Shown here: positions 33,781 to 37,620 of the stretch, in pieces
How positions within the stretch are numbered: the first letter of the stretch is position 1
Layout: each line of letters begins with the position of its first letter
Assembly: GCA_038087875.1 (NCBI GenBank)
Contig: JAXLNO010000249.1
Location: forward strand, 1 to 37,620
Length of the DNA stretch: 37,620 nucleotides
Reading direction: 5' to 3'
Source: Malacoraja senta
Lineage: Eukaryota
The notes under the pieces: generated by a model
Databases searched by the model: none
What the model saw: only the letters and a program-made list of their open reading frames with translations
What the model was told of the DNA's origin: nothing
Made by a program: the position numbers and the translations under genes

Positions 33781-36700
33781 AACATAGAAACATAGAAAAC
33801 ATAGAAACATAGACAATAGGTGCAGGAGTAGGCCATTTGGCCCTTCGAGCCTGCACCGCCATTCAATATGATCATGGCTGATCATCCAACTCAGTATCCT
33901 GTACCTGCCTTCTCACCATACCCCCTGATCCCTTTAGCCACAAGGGCCACATCTAACTCCCTCTTAAATATAGCCAATGAACTGGCCTCAACTACCTTCT
34001 GTGGCAGAGAGTTCCAGTGATTCACCACTCTCTGTGTGAAAAATGTTTTTCTCATCTCGGTCCTAAAGGATTTCCCCTTTATCCTTAAACTGTGACCCCT
34101 TGTCCTGGACTTCCCCAACATCGGGAACAATCTTCCTGCATCTAGCCTGTCCAACCCCTTAAGAATTTTGTAAGTTTCTATAAGATCCCCCCTCAATCTT
34201 CTAAATTCTAGCGAGTACAAGCCGAGTCTATCCAGTCTTTCTTCATATGAAAGTCCTGACATCCCAGGAATCAGTCTGGTGAACCTTCTCTGTACTCCCT
34301 CTATGGCAAGAATGTCTTTCCTCAGATTTGGAGACCAAAACTGTATGCAATACTCCAGGTGTGGTCTCACCAAGACCCTGTACAACTGCAGTAGAACCTC
34401 CCTGCTCCTATACTCCAATCCTTTTGCTATGAATGCTAACATACCATTCGCTTTCTTCACTGCCTGCTGCACCTGCATGCCTACTTTCAATGACTGGTGT
34501 ACCATGACACCCAGGTCTCGTTGCATCTCCCCTTTTCCTAATCGGCCACCATTTAGATAATAGTCAACTTTCCTGTTTTTGCCACCAAAGTGGATAGCCT
34601 CACATTTATCCACATTATACTGCATCTGCCATGCATTTGCCCACTCACCCAGCCTATCCAAGTCACTTTGCAGCCTCCTAGCATCCTCCTCACAGCTAAC
34701 ACTGCCCCCCAGCTTCGTGTCATCCGCAAACTTGGAGATGTTGCATTCAATTCCCTCATCCAAATCATTAATATATATTGTAAATAGCTGGGGTCCCAGC
34801 ACTGAGCCTTGCGGTACCCCACTAGTCACGGCCTGCCATTCTGAAAAGGACCCGTTTACTCCTACTCTTTGCTTCCTGTTGGCCAGCCAGTTCTCTATCC
34901 ACATCAATACTGAACCCCCAATACCGTGTGCTTTACGTTTGTATACTAATCTCTTATGTGGGACCTTGTCGAAAGCCTTCTGAAAGTCCAGATATAACAC
35001 ATCCACTGGTTCTCCCTTATCCACTCTACTAGTTACATCCTCGAAAAATTCTATAAGATTCGTCAGACATGATTTACCTTTCGTGAATCCATGCTGACTT
35101 TGTCCAATGATTTCACCACTTTCCAAATGTGCTGCTATCCCATCTTTAATAACTGACTCTAGCAGTTTCCCCACTACCGATGTTAGACTAACTGGTCTGT
35201 AATTCCCCGTTTTCTCTCTCCCTCCCTTTTTAAAAAATGGGGTACTTTTTAAGAGGGTAAATTAGCTACCCTCCAATCCTCAGGAACTACTCCAGAATCT
35301 AAGGAGTTTTGAAAAATTATCACTAATGCATCCACTATTTCTGGAGCTACTTCCTTAAGTACTCTGGGATGCAGCCTATCTGGCCCTGGGGATTTATCGG
35401 CCTTTAATCCATTCAATTTACCTAACACCACTTCCCGGCTAACCTGGATTTCACTCAGTTCTTCCATCTCATTTGACCCGTGGTCCCCTGCTATTTCTGG
35501 CAGATTATTCATGTCTTCCTTAGTGAAGACAGAACCAAAGTAGTTATTCAATTGGTCTGCCATGTCCTTGTTCCCCATGATCAATTCACCTGTTTCTCAC
35601 TGCAAGGGACCTACATTTGTTTTAACTAATCTCTTTCTCTTCACATATCTATAAAAAACTTTTGCAGTCAGTTTTTATGTTCCCTGCCAGTTTTCTTTCA
35701 TAATCTATTTTCCCTTTCCTAATTAAGCCCTTTGACCTCCTCTGCTGGACTGAATTTCTCCCAGCCCTCTGGTAGGCTGCTTTTTCTGGCTAATTTGTAC
35801 GCTTCATCTTTTGTTTTGATACTATCCCTGATTTCCCTTGTTATCCACGGATGCACTACCTTCCCTGATTTATTCTTTTGCCAAACTGGGATGAACAATT
35901 GTTGTAGGTCATCCATGCAGTCTTTAAATGCCTTCCATTGCATATCCACCGTCAACCTTTTAAAAATCAATTGCCAGTCAATCTTGGCCAATTCACGTCT
36001 CATACCCTCAAAGTTACCTTTCTTTAGGTTCAGAACCCTTGTTTCTGAATTAACAATGTCACTCTCCATCCTAATGAAGAACTCAACCATATTATGGTCA
36101 CTCTTGCCCAAGGGGTCACGCATAACAAGACTGCTAACTAACCCTTCCTCATTATTCAATACCCAGTCTAGAATAGCCTGCTCTCTCGTTGGTTCCTCTA
36201 CATGTTGATTTAGGAAACTATCCCGCATACATTCCAAGAAATCCTCTTCCTCAGCACCCCTGCCAATTTGATTCACCCAATCTATATGTAGATGGAAGTC
36301 ACCCATTATAACTGTTTTACCTTTGTTGCACGCATTTCTAATTTCCTGTTTGATACCATCCCCACTACTACTGTTAGGTGGCCTGTACACAACACCCACT
36401 AGCGTTTTCTGCCCCTTAGTGTTTCGCAGCTCTACCCATATTGATTCCACATCCTCCAAGCTAATGTCCTTCCTTTCCATTGCGTTAATCTCCTCTCTAA
36501 CCAGCAGCGCTACCCCACCTCCTTTTCCTTTCTGTCTATCCCTCCTGAATATTGAATATCCCTGGATGTTCAGCTCCCAGCCTTGGCCACCCTGGAGCCA
36601 TGTCTCCGTGCTCCCAACTATATCATAATCATTAATAGCTATCTGCACATTCAACTCATCCACCTTATTACGAATGCTCCTTGCATTGAGACACAAAGCC

Positions 36701-37316
36701 TTCAGGCTTGTTTTTACAACGCTCTTACAATTATGTTGAAAAGTGGCCCTTCTTGATTTTTGCCCTGGATTTGTCTGCCTGCCACTTTTACTTTTCACCT
36801 TGCTACCTATTGCTTCTACCCTCATTTTACACCCCTCTGTCTCTCTGCTCACACATTTAAGAAACCCACCACCTCTTATTCTCTGTTTATTATTTTTTTC
36901 TTCTTTCCCCCCTACATGTTGGGTCTGAGTGCTTCCATTCTCTGCCTCACACACTGTGTGTTAGCTTTCTCTATTTGAGTCCCTCCCCCCAACCGTTCTA
37001 GGTTAAAGTCTCCGCAGTAGCCTTTGCAAATCTCCCCGCCAGGATTTTGGTCCCCCTCGAGTTCAAGTGCAACCCGTCCTTTTTGTACTGGTCACACCTT
37101 CCCCAAAAGAGGTCCCAATGATCCAGAAACTTGAATCTCTGCCCACTGCACCAGTCCTTCAGCCATGCATTTATCCTCCACCTCGCACCATTCCTACTCT
37201 CACTGTCGCGTGGCACAGGCAGTAATCCCGAGATTGTTACCTTTGCGGTCCTTCTCCTTAACTCTCCTCCTAACTCCCTAAATTCTCCTTTCAGGACCTC
37301 TTCTCTTTTTCTACCT
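33781..37316 (-). mobile_element. Young CR1 LINE, 5'-truncated within ORF1
   Basis: (catagaaa)n tail at left; ORF2 EN and RT; ORF1 esterase end FLDHWDLFW...DGLHLN at 36998-37316. Confidence 0.95.
33891..36710 (-). pseudogene. CR1 ORF2 (endonuclease plus RT) in three long open segments
   Basis: CLNARS, GDF, SDHN (35719-36954); KSPGPD (35249-35584); 427-aa RT with QHGF, DFQKAFD, PQGSVLGP, FADD (33891-35174). Confidence 0.93.
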
Positions 37317-37557
37317 AAACTGATTCCAATTTATCCAGTAAGTGAAACTGCTGCTGTTTTGTGCGTTCTGCCTTAGGAGCAGCAGGGTTGATTGTAACTC
37401 CTGAAAATTGGTCAATTGGGATCACGGGTGCAAGAAACCTACAGAAGGAACTCAATCTGTTGGGGCCTTATTTTGCCCTCTAACAGTGGCAGAATGAGGC
37501 ATGGGTGCCAATCAATTCCCATGCAGCAGATTAATTATTTAAATACTATTAATTATC

Positions 37558-37620
37558 GGGGGGCGCCGTCCAGTTGGGTATGGCTGCCCAGCCTGCAGCT
37601 GTCTGTCTTTTCATTTCTTT
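37558..37620 (+). mobile_element. Probable 5' start of an element related to 319-1170 (cut by window end)
   Basis: gggggcgcc...atggctgcccagcctgcagc resembles gggggcgctgcgagatggctgccctgccagcag at ~329-361. Confidence 0.45.

Overview
Repeat-dense, essentially non-genic vertebrate DNA. The repeat complement (V-SINE/HE1-type tRNA-derived SINEs, CR1 LINEs with esterase ORF1, Penelope-derived terminal repeats, Rex1, L2, L1/Tx1, RTE-X) points to a cartilaginous fish, probably a skate or ray (inference). No complete host gene is visible. The most notable structure is a 4,947-bp composite hAT-type DNA transposon (22555-27501) with 13-bp TIRs and a perfect 8-bp TSD, inserted in a CR1 3' tail. It carries, on the minus strand, what looks like a captured first exon of TDP2: a GC-rich leader, a Kozak ATG, 52 open codons encoding the UBA-like domain and a GTAAGT donor. 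It also carries a nested second hAT element (22780-24722, own TIR/TSD) encoding a decayed CGGBP1-like transposase. Other items: two long CR1 copies, a young RTE-X insertion with a 10-bp TSD, many hammerhead-ribozyme-like Penelope repeats, Harbinger and hAT MITEs, and a 2.7-kb (GT)n compound satellite with a ~740-776 bp higher-order repeat. Family names come from motif recognition, not database searches. Boundaries without TSDs are approximate.
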